64,000 nt of DNA from an uncultured Alphaproteobacteria bacterium (GCA_963841705.1 CAWJDY010000043.1:41163-105162), one strand, 5' to 3'; positions 1 through 9,698 are shown, counted from the first letter of the stretch. Made by a program: numbers and translations. The notes: generated by a model from the sequence alone, not told the origin.

Positions 1-887
1 GCGGTCCGGTAGAACGGCTCCAGGTCGATCTCGACGATCTGCGCACCAAGGGTGGTGAAGACCAGCAGCGCCGCGTCGTAGGCGGCAGCGGAATGCGCGT
101 CGCCGTCAAAGTCGCGTTGCCCCGCCATGGGAACGCCGAGCCGCACCCCCGACCGCATCGGGCCGAGGGCGCCGAGCACCCGCGGTCGCGAATAGGGGTC
201 GGCATCGTCCGCTCCGGCCAACACTGCCGCTGCGGCGAAGGCATCCTCGACCGTGAGCGCAAACACCGCGACGCAATCGAGCGTCCGGCAGGCCGGCACG
301 ACGCCTGCATTCGAGATCAGCCCGAGACTTGGTTTGAGCCCGACGATGTTGTTGAGAGCAGCCGGTACGCGGCCGGAGCCGGCGGTGTCGGTTCCCAGCG
401 CCAGCGGGAGGAGCCCCGCCGCCACCGCAACCGCCGAGCCGCTGCTCGAGCCGCCGGGGATGAGCGCCTGCTTGAACGGGTTGCGCGGGATGCCGTAGGG
501 CGAGCGCACGCCGGCAAGCCCGGTTGCGAACTGATCGAGGTTGGTCTTGCCGATGACGATCGCGCCCGCGGCCTGCAGGCGCGCGACGCAGGTCGCGTCC
601 TGGTCCGGCGCATAGGCGAAAGCCGGACACGCCGCCGTGGTGGCGAGCCCGGCGACATCGATGTTGTCCTTCACCGCCACCGGAACGCCGTAGAGCGCCC
701 GATTGCGGCTGCCTTGGGCGGCAAGCGCGCGCGCCTGCGCGAGCGCATCCGCCTCATCCCGCAACGAGATGAACACCGCGGGATCGCCATGGGCGCGGAT
801 GCGCGCGTAGCACGCGGCTATGGTGGCGACCGGATCAGCGCCGCCGCTGCGGTGCGCCTCGACCATCTCCGCAACGGTGCTGCTCAC
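1..887 (-). CDS. amidase-signature enzyme, allophanate hydrolase-like (N-terminal part; C-terminus runs off window start)
   Basis: Minus-strand translation from GTG at 887 reads VSSTVAEMVEAHRSGG...AVKDNIDVAGLATTAACPAF...GGSSSGSAVAVAAGLLPLALGTDTAGSGRVPAALNN, i.e. the amidase signature. It is absent from the ORF track because it leaves the window. Confidence 0.8.
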   Translation of the reverse strand, partial: MSSTVAEMVEAHRSGGADPVATIAACYARIRAHGDPAVFISLRDEADALAQARALAAQGSRNRALYGVPVAVKDNIDVAGLATTAACPAFAYAPDQDATCVARLQAAGAIVIGKTNLDQFATGLAGVRSPYGIPRNPFKQALIPGGSSSGSAVAVAAGLLPLALGTDTAGSGRVPAALNNIVGLKPSLGLISNAGVVPACRTLDCVAVFALTVEDAFAAAAVLAGADDADPYSRPRVLGALGPMRSGVRLGVPMAGQRDFDGDAHSAAAYDAALLVFTTLGAQIVEIDLEPFYRT

Positions 888-920
888 GCCCTCACACCAC
901 CGGCTGCAGGACATGTCTCG

Positions 921-1140
921 GCTCCATACCTCCCCCTGAAAGGGGGAGGTCGACAGCATTTGCCCCGGCCTTGCGCCGGGGCAGATGCTGTCGGGTGGGG
1001 GTCCGGCGCTGCATGCTCGCATTTGGTGATCCCCCACAGTTGACCCCCACCCGGCGCCCCCGACAAGTCGGGGGGCGCCGACCTCCCCCTTTCAGGGGGA
1101 GGTATTGCGGAGTTTGCTGCGGCACCGACTCCATATGCAG
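921..1140. repeat. nested-palindrome intergenic repeat, family R1 (copy 1)
   Basis: Terminal hairpins CCTCCCCCTGAAAGGGGGAGG / CCTCCCCCTTTCAGGGGGAGG. Internal 18-bp hairpin GACAGCATTTGCCCCGGC..GCCGGGGCAGATGCTGTC. GGTGGGGGTC..GACCCCCACC long-range pair. Near-identical copies at 3601, 9481 and a degenerate one at 59690. Confidence 0.85.
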
Positions 1141-1163
1141 TAGTGCTATCGACACGGCTGCGC

Positions 1164-2018
1164 TCACACCACGCTCTGGTGGCGCTCGATGCAGATGCGC
1201 ACGACCTCGTCGGGGTCGCGCTTCCACCAGTTCTCGGCGGAGAGAATCTCGACGTCGCAGTGCCCGGCATAGCCCGCATCCTCAACCAGGCCGCGCAGGC
1301 GAGGCAGATCGATGATGCCGTCGCCCGGCATGCCGCGGTCAAAGACGAGATCGCGCGTGGGCAGGAGCCAGTCGCAGACGTGATAGGAAAGGATGCGGCC
1401 TGCGCTGCGCGCGACCTGCCGCGGCAGGTCGGGGTCCCACCAGACGTGATAGGCGTCGATCGCGACGCCGACGCCTTCGCCCAGCTCATCGCAGAGATCG
1501 TTGGCATGGGCGAGGGTGTTGATGCAGGCGCGGTCCGCTGCGGTCATGGGATGCAGCGGCTCGATCGCGAGCGGCACCGCGGCCGCGCGCGCATGCGCCA
1601 GCACGGCGGCAATGCCGTCGCGCACCTGGTGATGGGCGCCGGCGAGGTCCTTCGATCCCGGCGGCAGCCCGCCGGCCACCAGGATGAGCGAGCCGGCGCC
1701 GATCGCAGCCGCCTCGTCGATGGCGCGGCGGTTGTCGTCGATCGCGGCGCGGCGGCCGGCCTCGTCGGCGGCGGTGAACATGCCGCCGCGGCACAAGCAA
1801 GTGACGGCGAGGCCGCTCGCGCGCAGGAGCCGGGCGGCGCGCTCGATGCCGCAGCGCTGCACCACGTCGCGCCACGGCGCAATCGCGGTGATGCCGGCGC
1901 GGGCGCAGCCGTCGATCGCCTGCTCCAGCGACCATGCCTTGACGGTCACGGTGTTGAGCGCGAGCCATTGCCGGTCGCGGGAGAAATCGCGCATCATATG
2001 GATTACGTTCCGGTGCAA
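1164..2018 (-). CDS. sugar phosphate isomerase/epimerase (xylose-isomerase-like TIM barrel)
   Basis: 284-aa ORF; family-typical motifs (AIEPLHP, DAYHVWWDP, HVCDW). True start is probably the internal MMRDFS/MRDFS. Confidence 0.8.
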   Translation of the reverse strand: MHRNVIHMMRDFSRDRQWLALNTVTVKAWSLEQAIDGCARAGITAIAPWRDVVQRCGIERAARLLRASGLAVTCLCRGGMFTAADEAGRRAAIDDNRRAIDEAAAIGAGSLILVAGGLPPGSKDLAGAHHQVRDGIAAVLAHARAAAVPLAIEPLHPMTAADRACINTLAHANDLCDELGEGVGVAIDAYHVWWDPDLPRQVARSAGRILSYHVCDWLLPTRDLVFDRGMPGDGIIDLPRLRGLVEDAGYAGHCDVEILSAENWWKRDPDEVVRICIERHQSVV

Positions 2019-2043
2019 TCAGCAGTGCAGCAAACTCGGTCTG

Positions 2044-2214
2044 CTCCCTCCCCTACGCAACCGGGGCTTGCCCCGGTTGCGCATTGATGCGCAAGTCGGG
2101 CAGGCCCGACTTGCGGTGGGGGAGGGTTAGGGTGGGGGGTCGCGAGTTTGACATCGATGGTGCCTCTACCTCAGGACCCCCACCCCCAGCCCCTCCCCAC
2201 AAGGGGGAGGGGAG
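2044..2214. repeat. REP-type palindromic repeat, family R2
   Basis: Hairpins GCAACCGGGGCTTGCCCCGGTTGC and GCAAGTCGGGCAGGCCCGACTTGC, flanked by CTCCCTCCCC / GGGGAGGG-type arms. The same hairpin types recur inside tRNA-like units at 32251-32274 and 32719-32789. Confidence 0.75.
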
Positions 2215-2303
2215 CACACTGCGCATGCTGCACGTTTGTGGGTCAACAGCAACGGAGCTGCGCCCCGGACACACCGATGTATTAGCGCCTGTGAGGTCGC
2301 GCA

Positions 2304-3467
2304 TCAGGCGTCGACGCCGCGCACGGCCATGACGCGGCGCATGCGATCGGCGGCAAGCTCCGGATCCGCAAGCAGCCCGGCCGCGTCCGCCAGCCGGAAC
2401 AGCTCGGCCAGGTGGCGCGTCGAGCGCGCGCTCTCCTGCCCGCCGACCAGCGTGAAGTGATCCTGCAGGCCGTTGAGATAGGCCATGAACACCACGCCGG
2501 TCTTGTAGAATTGGGTCGGCGCCTTGAAGATGTGGCGCGAGAGCGGCACCGTCGGCGCCAGGATGTCGTGAAAGCCCGCGCGATCGCCGCGGCTGAGCGC
2601 GCCCAGGGCGGCCGCGGCGGCGGGCGCGATCGCATCGAAGATGCCGAGCAGCGCATCGGAGCAGCCCTGCGCATCGCCGGCGATCAGCTCGGCGTAGTTG
2701 AAATCGTCGCCGGTATACATGCGCACCCCCTGGGGCAGGCGCCGCCGCATGGCAATCTCCTTGTCCTTGTCGAGGAGCGAGACCTTCACCCCATCGACCT
2801 TGGCGGCATTGGCGCCGATCACGTCGATGGCGACGTCCATGGCCTCGCTGTGATCCTGCGAGCCCCAATAGCCGGCGAGCGCCGGATCGAACATCTCGCC
2901 CAGCCAATGGATGATCACCGGCTCCCTGACCGCACCGAGGATGCGGCCATAGACCTTGGCGTAGTCGTCGGGCGTGCACGCCGCCTTTGCCAGCGCGCGG
3001 CTCGCCATCAGCACGATGCGGCCGCCCAGCTTCTCGACGGCGGCGCACTGCTCCTCGTAGGCGGCGATGACGTCCGAGATGGTGACCTTGGCGCCGGGCT
3101 CGAGATGATCGGTGCCGGCGCCGCAGGCGATGAGCGCGCCGGGCACGTCCTTGGCGGCGGCAAGGCTCCGGCGGATCAGCTCGAGCGAGGTGGGCCAATC
3201 CAGTCCCATGCCGCGTTGGGCGGTATCCATCGCCTCGGCGACGCCGAGGCCGAGCGACCACAGGTGCCTGCGAAAGGCGATGGTGCGTTCCCAGTCGATG
3301 GCGGCATCGAGCCACGGATCGGCATCGGCGAGGGGATCGGCCACGACATGCGCGGCGGCATAGGCGATGCGGTTGAACGGCGGCTTGGCGGCGGGAAAGC
3401 TGCGCGGCGGACGCGTGGCATAAGGCGCGAGGCTCCGGCCGGCGGTTGGAAGATTGAGCGTGGGCAC
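2304..3467 (-). CDS. DUF993 family protein (dihydrodipicolinate synthase-like fold)
   Basis: The ORF 2304..4064 reads through repeats. The plausible start is GTG at 3467 (VPTLNLPTAGRS...) with GGAGAG upstream. The protein matches the DUF993 family usually found with TIM-barrel and Gfo/Idh/MocA neighbours. Confidence 0.75.
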   Translation of the reverse strand: MPTLNLPTAGRSLAPYATRPPRSFPAAKPPFNRIAYAAAHVVADPLADADPWLDAAIDWERTIAFRRHLWSLGLGVAEAMDTAQRGMGLDWPTSLELIRRSLAAAKDVPGALIACGAGTDHLEPGAKVTISDVIAAYEEQCAAVEKLGGRIVLMASRALAKAACTPDDYAKVYGRILGAVREPVIIHWLGEMFDPALAGYWGSQDHSEAMDVAIDVIGANAAKVDGVKVSLLDKDKEIAMRRRLPQGVRMYTGDDFNYAELIAGDAQGCSDALLGIFDAIAPAAAAALGALSRGDRAGFHDILAPTVPLSRHIFKAPTQFYKTGVVFMAYLNGLQDHFTLVGGQESARSTRHLAELFRLADAAGLLADPELAADRMRRVMAVRGVDA

Positions 3468-3600
3468 CTGCTCGTCACTCTCCGGTGTGTGGTCGTCACT
3501 CTCCGGTATACGCAGCCTTATTGCACATCGCTTCCGCCCGCGCCCCCTGCCTCCCGCTGAAAGGGCAGGGCAATTGCATCTGGCTCGGTCGCATGGGTGA

Positions 3601-3780
3601 TACTCCATACCTCCCCCTGAAAGGGGGAGGTCGACAGCATTTGCCCCGGCCTTGTGCCGGGGCAAATGCTGTCGGGTGGGGGTCCTGCCCTCGGCGGATC
3701 GCGGCCCGGAGTGACCCCCACCCGGCGACCCCCGACAAGTCGGGGTCGCCAACCTCCCCCTTTCAGGGGGAGGTGTCCAC
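3601..3780. repeat. nested-palindrome intergenic repeat, family R1 (copy 2)
   Basis: Same termini and the GACAGCATTTGCCCCGGCCTTGTGCCGGGGCAAATGCTGTC core as copy 1; different central filler. Confidence 0.85.
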
Positions 3781-4097
3781 GCCTGCGCCAGCAAAGGCTT
3801 GCAATGGAGACGTGCTTGTGTTAGAACAAACACAGAACGAGAATGTCCGGAGAATCGACAATGGCCGTCACGCCTGTGTCGAATGTCAGCGCGCCGGGTC
3901 GGCGGGTAGGGGCGAGGCATGCCTCGCCCTCTACTACCTGCGATTATAATCTCGGTATTGATGCAACCACTCAGGGCATTCTTGCGCAAACGAACCCAAT
4001 TCCGCAAACGAAGCCAATCCCAGAAACGCAATGAATTCAATGTCGGAAGATGAACAGGATGCATCTACGCCGCCGTACTCTCGTTGGTTGCAGGGCG

Positions 4098-5267
4098 TCA
4101 CAGCTTCAGCGCCGGGAGGTCGATCCAGCGCCGCTCCTGCCAGCTGCGCAGCCCCGCTTCCGCAAGCTGCACCCCCTTGGCGCCTTCGAGCAGCGTCCAT
4201 TTGAACGGCGCGTCCTCGAACAGATGCCGGATGAACATCTCCCACTCCGCCTTGAAGCCGTTGTCGTAGGAGGTCGTGTCCGGCACCTCGCTCCAGGTCT
4301 CGAGGAATTTGATCGGCTGCGGCACGTCCGGATTCCAGATCGGCCGCGGCGTGTTCACCCGCGCCTGGCTCCAGCAGTTCTGCAATCCGGCCACCGCCGA
4401 GCCATGGGTGCCGTCGACGTGGAAGGTGACGAGGTCATCGCGGCGCACGCGCGTGCACCAGGAGCTGTTGATATGCGCGACGATCCCGCCGGCAAGCTGG
4501 AAGGTCGCGTAGGCGGAGTCGTCGACGTCCACGCCGTAGGGCTTGCCGTCCTCGTCCCAGCGCTTGGGGATGTGGGTCGCACCCAGGCAGGAGACGCTTT
4601 CCACCTCGCCGAACAGATTGTCCAGCACGTAGCGCCAGTGACAGAGCATATCGAGAATGATGCCGCCGCCCTCCTGCTTGCGGTAGTTCCAGGACGGCCG
4701 TTGCGCCGGCGTCCAGTCGCCCTCGAACACCCAGTAGCCGAACTCGCCGCGCACCGAGATGATGCGCCCGAAGAAGGCGGCGTCGATCAGGGTGCGCAGC
4801 TTGAGCAACCCAGGCAGGAACAGCTTGTCCTGCACCACGCCGTGCCGCAGGCGCGCCTTCTTCGCCGCGCGCGCGACCGCCAGCGCATCGTCGAGGTTCT
4901 CCGCGATCGGCTTCTCGCAGTAGATGTCCTTGCCGGCGGCGATCGCCGCCTGCAGCAGGCCCGCGCGCAGCTTGGTGGTGGCGGCATCGAAGAACAGCGT
5001 GTCGTCGGGGTTCTTGAGCGCCGCATCGAGATTGGTGGTCCAGCGCGCGATGCCGTGCGCGTTGGCGAGCTGAGCCAGCTTGGCTTCATTGCGGCCGACC
5101 AGGATGGGGTCGGGCATGACCGTGTCGCCGTTGCGCAGCGCCACGCCGCCTTGCGCGCGGATCGCCAGGATCGAGCGGATGAGATGCTGGTTCATCCCCA
5201 TGCGGCCGGTCACGCCGTTCATGATGATGCCGAGACGGTGCTGCATGGCTCCTCTCTCATTTGTCAT
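4098..5267 (-). CDS. Gfo/Idh/MocA family oxidoreductase
   Basis: 389-aa ORF with an N-terminal Rossmann segment (LGIIMNGVTGRMG) and the EKP motif (CEKPIAENL). Start probably at MQHRLG (5246). Confidence 0.85.
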   Translation of the reverse strand: MTNERGAMQHRLGIIMNGVTGRMGMNQHLIRSILAIRAQGGVALRNGDTVMPDPILVGRNEAKLAQLANAHGIARWTTNLDAALKNPDDTLFFDAATTKLRAGLLQAAIAAGKDIYCEKPIAENLDDALAVARAAKKARLRHGVVQDKLFLPGLLKLRTLIDAAFFGRIISVRGEFGYWVFEGDWTPAQRPSWNYRKQEGGGIILDMLCHWRYVLDNLFGEVESVSCLGATHIPKRWDEDGKPYGVDVDDSAYATFQLAGGIVAHINSSWCTRVRRDDLVTFHVDGTHGSAVAGLQNCWSQARVNTPRPIWNPDVPQPIKFLETWSEVPDTTSYDNGFKAEWEMFIRHLFEDAPFKWTLLEGAKGVQLAEAGLRSWQERRWIDLPALKL

Positions 5268-5302
5268 TCCGGGGCCGCGAGCGTAAGCGAGCGGAGCGCC
5301 GG

Positions 5303-7181
5303 GTAGGTGAGGATGTTACCACCCTCACCCCCCACGGACCCGGACGTGCAGGATTACCGCTTCCGGTTCTTCATGAGAGAGCCTGGCTAGCGGTGGCGTA
5401 CTGATGGACGATGCGAGGTCGCGGGAGGGGATGGCGGGCGAGGAAGGCAGAGAACCGCTCCCATGAGAGAGGCTCCGAGCGCGTCCGCCGTTCCAGCCAC
5501 TTCCTCCACGTCCTTGTGATCTGATGAGCGTAGGTGGCGAGTTGCCGGCTGTTCCCCGTGATACCGTAGTAGGCATAGTGACCTACCAGCTTCTCAGACA
5601 GCCGCTTGCGCTGATCGAGGATCGGCAGGTGGCGGTTGAACCGACACCACTCCTTCGCCGCGAGCAGCGCGCGAGCGAGCCGGCTCTTGGCCGTCCGTTG
5701 CCGTACCACGTTCTGCCCCTTGAGTGACTTCGCCCAGGTGTGGGTGAAGCCCAGAAAGTCGAACGGCGGTTCGGCGCAGTCCGGATGCGTGCCACCTTTG
5801 CGCTCGGGGCGGAAGTCGACGAACCGGGTCTTGTCGGGATGCAGCGTGAGCCCATACCGTGCAAGCCGTTTCCCCAGCACTTCCAGAACCCGTTTGGCGT
5901 CGCGGTGGTTCTTGAACGTCATCACGAAGTCATCGGCAAAGCGCACCAACGTACACTCTCCCAGCATGCGGGGTCGCACCTCTGCCTCGAACCATTCGTC
6001 CAGCACGTGGTGCAGGAAGATGTTCGAGAGCATCGGTGAGATGACGCCGCCTTGCGGGGTACCTTCAGTCGCAAGGCGCAGGGTTCCATCTTCCAGGACC
6101 CCTGCTTTCAGCCACTTGTCGATCATCCGTCGGATCACGCCATCCGTTACTCGCTGGTCGAGGAACGCCCGAAGTTGCGCGTGCGGAATCGAGTCGAAGT
6201 ACTTGCGTATATCGACATCCAGCACCCAGTGCTGTCCATGCCACGAGATGGCGCCATGCAGTTTGCGCAGCGCCTCATGGGCTGAGCGTCGCGGTCGGAA
6301 GCCATACGAGCAAGGCATGAAGTCCTGCTCGTAGATGGTCGCCAGAACCATGACAATCGCCCGCTGCGCCACCTTGTCTTCAAAGGTCGGAATGCCGAGC
6401 GGCCGCTTTGAGCCGTCTGCCTTCGGGATGTAGGTTCTGCGCACCGGCGGTGCTTTGTAGCTTCCGGACTTGATGCGATTGAGCAGGTCCAAGAGATTGG
6501 CCTGCAGCTTCGCTTCATATTCCTTCGCGGTAACACCGTCGATGCCAGTCGCTCCATCCTTGCGGGTCAGCCGGTAGGCTTTCAGCATCCATTCCAGATC
6601 GATAACGTGGTGCAGCGAGAACAGCACCTTCTTCGGCTTCGCTCTCGCCAGTTCGGCTATCCATTGTCGTTTCGTGTACAGGTTCGCGAGGTTCATGTCC
6701 CCTCCCGTGTTTCCCGGCAATGGTTCTCTCTCACGACGCCTCCCTTTCCTCCATCGGGTCCCAGTGAGCCCAGTTCCCCGCTCTCGTCGGTACTATGAAG
6801 GCGCTACGACTTCCCACCCGCGTATCAACGGTCACTTATTGGTTCGCTCCCGCCGCCCACGCGATCCTCCTGGTTCGTGTCCCGCCGTGGCGCTCCTGAA
6901 GGAGCGGAGGTCTCCTCCAGGCCGGGGCTTTTGTTGCCGGCTGCCCTGCTCCGGTTCTCGCACGTGGACGCGAATGGGATCTCTCAGGTCTTCAGGCGAT
7001 CCATCCCGTGCCTCTGCTCCGTTCCAGGACCCCGGTCGAACCAACGTGCCCTCGCCAGTGACGGCCACGTCGATGCTGCCCCCGCATTCCGGACTACGAA
7101 GGCTTCAGCGAAAATGATTTCGGGGCTAACCCGCAGCTTCAGCACCTGCTACCGTACGCTTCACGCGTGACGTTGCCGCAC
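5303..7181 (-). mobile_element. group II intron (about 1.88 kb, ORF in domain IV); boundaries approximate
   Basis: GUGCG on the minus strand at 7181-7177 (GUGUG at 7183). A domain-V-like hairpin lies at about 5337-5370 (GAACCGGAAGCGG..CACGUCCGGGUC). A domain-VI-like hairpin GGUGAGG..CCUCACCUAC ends near 5303. The element encloses an RT/maturase ORF. Confidence 0.75.
5371..6720 (-). CDS. group II intron reverse transcriptase/maturase (no C-terminal HNH endonuclease domain)
   Basis: 449-aa ORF with RT blocks (RPLGIPTFEDKVAQRA, GTPQGGVISPMLSNIFL, FADDFV) and an X/maturase region (LVGHYAYYGITGN). The ORF ends without an HNH motif. Confidence 0.92.
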   Translation of the reverse strand: MPGNTGGDMNLANLYTKRQWIAELARAKPKKVLFSLHHVIDLEWMLKAYRLTRKDGATGIDGVTAKEYEAKLQANLLDLLNRIKSGSYKAPPVRRTYIPKADGSKRPLGIPTFEDKVAQRAIVMVLATIYEQDFMPCSYGFRPRRSAHEALRKLHGAISWHGQHWVLDVDIRKYFDSIPHAQLRAFLDQRVTDGVIRRMIDKWLKAGVLEDGTLRLATEGTPQGGVISPMLSNIFLHHVLDEWFEAEVRPRMLGECTLVRFADDFVMTFKNHRDAKRVLEVLGKRLARYGLTLHPDKTRFVDFRPERKGGTHPDCAEPPFDFLGFTHTWAKSLKGQNVVRQRTAKSRLARALLAAKEWCRFNRHLPILDQRKRLSEKLVGHYAYYGITGNSRQLATYAHQITRTWRKWLERRTRSEPLSWERFSAFLARHPLPRPRIVHQYATASQALS

Positions 7182-7309
7182 ACGTGCAAGGCTCGCTTCC
7201 GGCTGGCGGGCTGCGCCTTTGCCGGGAGGGAGTCGAACCCTCTGGACCGCTACGAAAGGTTTCAGCTCGTTTTCACGATCGTCCTCCTCTCCTGCTCTCC
7301 TGACGCTAC

Positions 7310-7465
7310 CGGAATCCATAACCCCAAACAGTGATGTGGGCCACCGCAGCGTAACCACTTTCATCGCAACTGCACGGCCTGTGGTTATGGATTCCGGGCT
7401 CCGCTCGCACTCGGACGGCGCGAAGCGCCGATCCGAGCACTCGCGGCCCCGGAATGACGGCTAGA
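7310..7465. repeat. partial copy of the R3 repeat (internal part of the MITE at 21758-22030)
   Basis: CCGGAATCCATAACCCCAA..GGCCTGTGGTTATGGATTCCGGGCTCCGCTCGCACTCGGACGGCGCGAAGCGCCGATCCGAGCACTCGCGGCCCCGGAATGACGG is nearly identical to 21846-21993. It abuts the intron-containing insertion. Confidence 0.8.
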
Positions 7466-7506
7466 GTAGTGCGTAAATTCACAACAGTCACATGTATAAT
7501 CCAACA

Positions 7507-8394
7507 TCACCCGAACTCGGGGCCGATGACGGCGAAGGTGCGGTCGGGGTCGTCGAAGCGGGTCGCGTGCCCGTGCGCCATGCGCGTGAACGGTCGCGCC
7601 GGCGCAAAGCCGCGCGCCTGGAGGAATGCGCGCAGGTGCGATTTCGCATCGGCGAGATCGATGAAGAGCGGCGCCTCGATGCGCGCGGCCGCACGCGCAA
7701 CCAGCGCGCAGGCGATGGCGTCGCTCGCCGCAACCACCGGTCCGATGTGCGCGATCATGCGGCCGTCACGGCCGAGGCAAAAGCCGACGATGCGATCTCC
7801 CGATTGGGCGATCAGCTCGGCTTCGCGCAGGCGGCCGCGCAGCCCGGCGAGCACGGCATGGCGCGGCGCGCCGAACGCAGCGGCATCGAATGCGGTGAGC
7901 GCCGGCCAGTCGTCATCGCCAATGGCGCGGATGCCGATGCCGGCGGGAAGAGGGAGCGCATCGCCGGTGCTTTGCTGCGCTCCCCGCTGCTCGCGCCGCA
8001 GGCGATGAAATCCCCACCAGTCGGCATAGCCGATGGCGCGATAGACGGGATGACCGTCCGGAGTTGCGTCGAGCACCGGCACGCGGCCCGCAGCCGCGAG
8101 CTCCTCGGTCGCGCGCCGCATCAGCCGCGTCGCCAATCCGCGGCGGCGCCAGGCGCCCGCGACCAGCACCATGCTGATCCAGGCGATGCGCTCGCCGTAA
8201 GGCAGCGTCGCCGTGGTTGCGACGATGCGGCCGGCGTTGGTGTGCGCCGCGTAGATGTGCCCGAGCTCCAGGAACAGGCGCCAATCCTTCGCGTTCTGAT
8301 TCCAGCGCGCCTCGGTGACCAGCGCTTCGAGGTCATCGAGCTCCGACGGCGAAAGCGACGATTTGCGCGCGATGCCGAGCTCAGAAATTTCCAT
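7507..8394 (-). CDS. GNAT family N-acetyltransferase
   Basis: 295-aa ORF. Acetyl-CoA binding motif region [18 protein letters not shown], with a second GNAT-like C-terminal half. Confidence 0.8.
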   Translation of the reverse strand: MEISELGIARKSSLSPSELDDLEALVTEARWNQNAKDWRLFLELGHIYAAHTNAGRIVATTATLPYGERIAWISMVLVAGAWRRRGLATRLMRRATEELAAAGRVPVLDATPDGHPVYRAIGYADWWGFHRLRREQRGAQQSTGDALPLPAGIGIRAIGDDDWPALTAFDAAAFGAPRHAVLAGLRGRLREAELIAQSGDRIVGFCLGRDGRMIAHIGPVVAASDAIACALVARAAARIEAPLFIDLADAKSHLRAFLQARGFAPARPFTRMAHGHATRFDDPDRTFAVIGPEFG

Positions 8395-9433
8395 CGCGGA
8401 TGTCGTAATGGGTGTCCTTGCCGAGGCTCGGCATGCCGCGCGCGACCCAGTCGGCGGTCCAGTCGATCAGCGTGAGCAGCGCCACGGCGGGATAGCCGAA
8501 CAGCCGCACCGCCTCCGCGGTGTTGACCAGCCAGGCTTCGGCGGCTTCCGTGCCGACGAAGACCGGCGCCTTGCCCAGCCGCTCGCCGAGCGCCTGCGCC
8601 AGCCAGCGCACGCTGATGGTCTCCGGCCCGCTGACGTTGAGCGGCGATGTCGGCAGCGTGCAATGGGCCAAGCTGCGCAGCACCATCGCGTTGGCGTCGC
8701 CCTGCCAGATGACGTTGACATGTCCGGTGGCAAGGTCGATCGGCTCGCCCGCAAGGACGCGCGCGGCGATGTCGTGGATGACGCCGTAGCGCATGTCGAT
8801 CGCATAGTTGAGGCGGATGATGCGCCCGGGCGTGCCGTGCAGCCGGGAGAAGTACTGGAGCATGCCCTCGCGGGCGACGCAGGAATTGGCATAGGCGCCG
8901 GGCGGCGGAGCGGCGGGTGTTGTTTCGGTCGCGCCGCCGTGGAGCACGTTGACGTACGGGTACACGCAGCCGGTGGAGTAGGCGACGATGCGCGAGCCGG
9001 CGAAGGCGTCAGCGACCAGCGCCGGCACATAGGCGTTCATCGCCCAGGTCAGCTCCTCGCGTCCGGCGGAGCCGAACTTGCGTCCCGCCATGAACACCAC
9101 GTTCGCCAGCTTCGGCAGCGCCTCGACCTGCTTGCGGTCGAGGAGGTCGGCGCTGATGCACTCGATGCCCCAGGAGACCAGCCGCTCGCGCAGGCCTCTC
9201 TCGCTGAAGCGCGCGACGGCGACGATGCGCTTGCCTGGCGCGGCGCGCTTGGCAAGCCGCGCCAGGGTTGGGCCGATCTTGCCCCCGGCGCCGAGGATGA
9301 TGAGATCGCCGCTGAGCTTCCCGAGCTCCTCCGCCACGTCGGCCGAGGGCGCGGTCATCACGTCCTCGAGATGCTCCACGTCGCGGAAGCGTTCCGGCAA
9401 CGCTGGCGCTCGTTGCGTCAACGAACTCTCCAT
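8381..9433 (-). CDS. NAD-dependent epimerase/dehydratase family protein
   Basis: 350-aa ORF. GAGGKIG Rossmann motif, YANSC (YxxxK-like region). Overlaps the downstream GNAT gene by 14 nt (operon). Confidence 0.8.
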   Translation of the reverse strand: MESSLTQRAPALPERFRDVEHLEDVMTAPSADVAEELGKLSGDLIILGAGGKIGPTLARLAKRAAPGKRIVAVARFSERGLRERLVSWGIECISADLLDRKQVEALPKLANVVFMAGRKFGSAGREELTWAMNAYVPALVADAFAGSRIVAYSTGCVYPYVNVLHGGATETTPAAPPPGAYANSCVAREGMLQYFSRLHGTPGRIIRLNYAIDMRYGVIHDIAARVLAGEPIDLATGHVNVIWQGDANAMVLRSLAHCTLPTSPLNVSGPETISVRWLAQALGERLGKAPVFVGTEAAEAWLVNTAEAVRLFGYPAVALLTLIDWTADWVARGMPSLGKDTHYDIRDGNF

Positions 9434-9480
9434 ACCTCACCTGAAAGCAGGGCTATCGCACATGGCTCGGCCGCAGGGCT

Positions 9481-9698
9481 GATACTCCATACCTCCCCCT
9501 GAAAGGGGGAGGTCGACAGCATTTGCCCCGGCCTTGCGCCGGGGCAAATGCTGTCGGGTGGGGGTCTGGCGCTGGGCGCGAGCATTTGCTGATCATCTCG
9601 GCTGCGGCTGGATCCCCACCCGGCGCTTCGCGCCGACCTCCCCCTTTCAGGGGGAGGTATTGCGGAGCTTGCTGCACCGCTGAGTCCATATGCGATAG
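9481..9698. repeat. nested-palindrome intergenic repeat, family R1 (copy 3)
   Basis: Same termini and core hairpin as 921-1140. Confidence 0.85.

Noticed and set aside
93-1043. Long + strand ORF (316 aa) and many similar Arg/Ala/Gly/Pro-rich ORFs throughout (e.g. 2053..3315, 2412..3560, 4050..5306, 9778..11277, 9861..11393, 22600..24132, 50467..51714).
   Set aside because: They are shadow or alternative-frame ORFs of high-GC genes. They overlap recognisable family proteins on the other strand or frame and have low-complexity, non-protein-like composition.
7200-7260. tmRNA or complete tRNA gene suggested by GAGGGUUCGACUCCCUC.
   Set aside because: No matching 5' acceptor strand (only 5 of 7 pairs), no CCA, no resume-codon/tag ORF context, and the D/anticodon regions do not fold. 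It is kept only as an unexplained segment in the findings.
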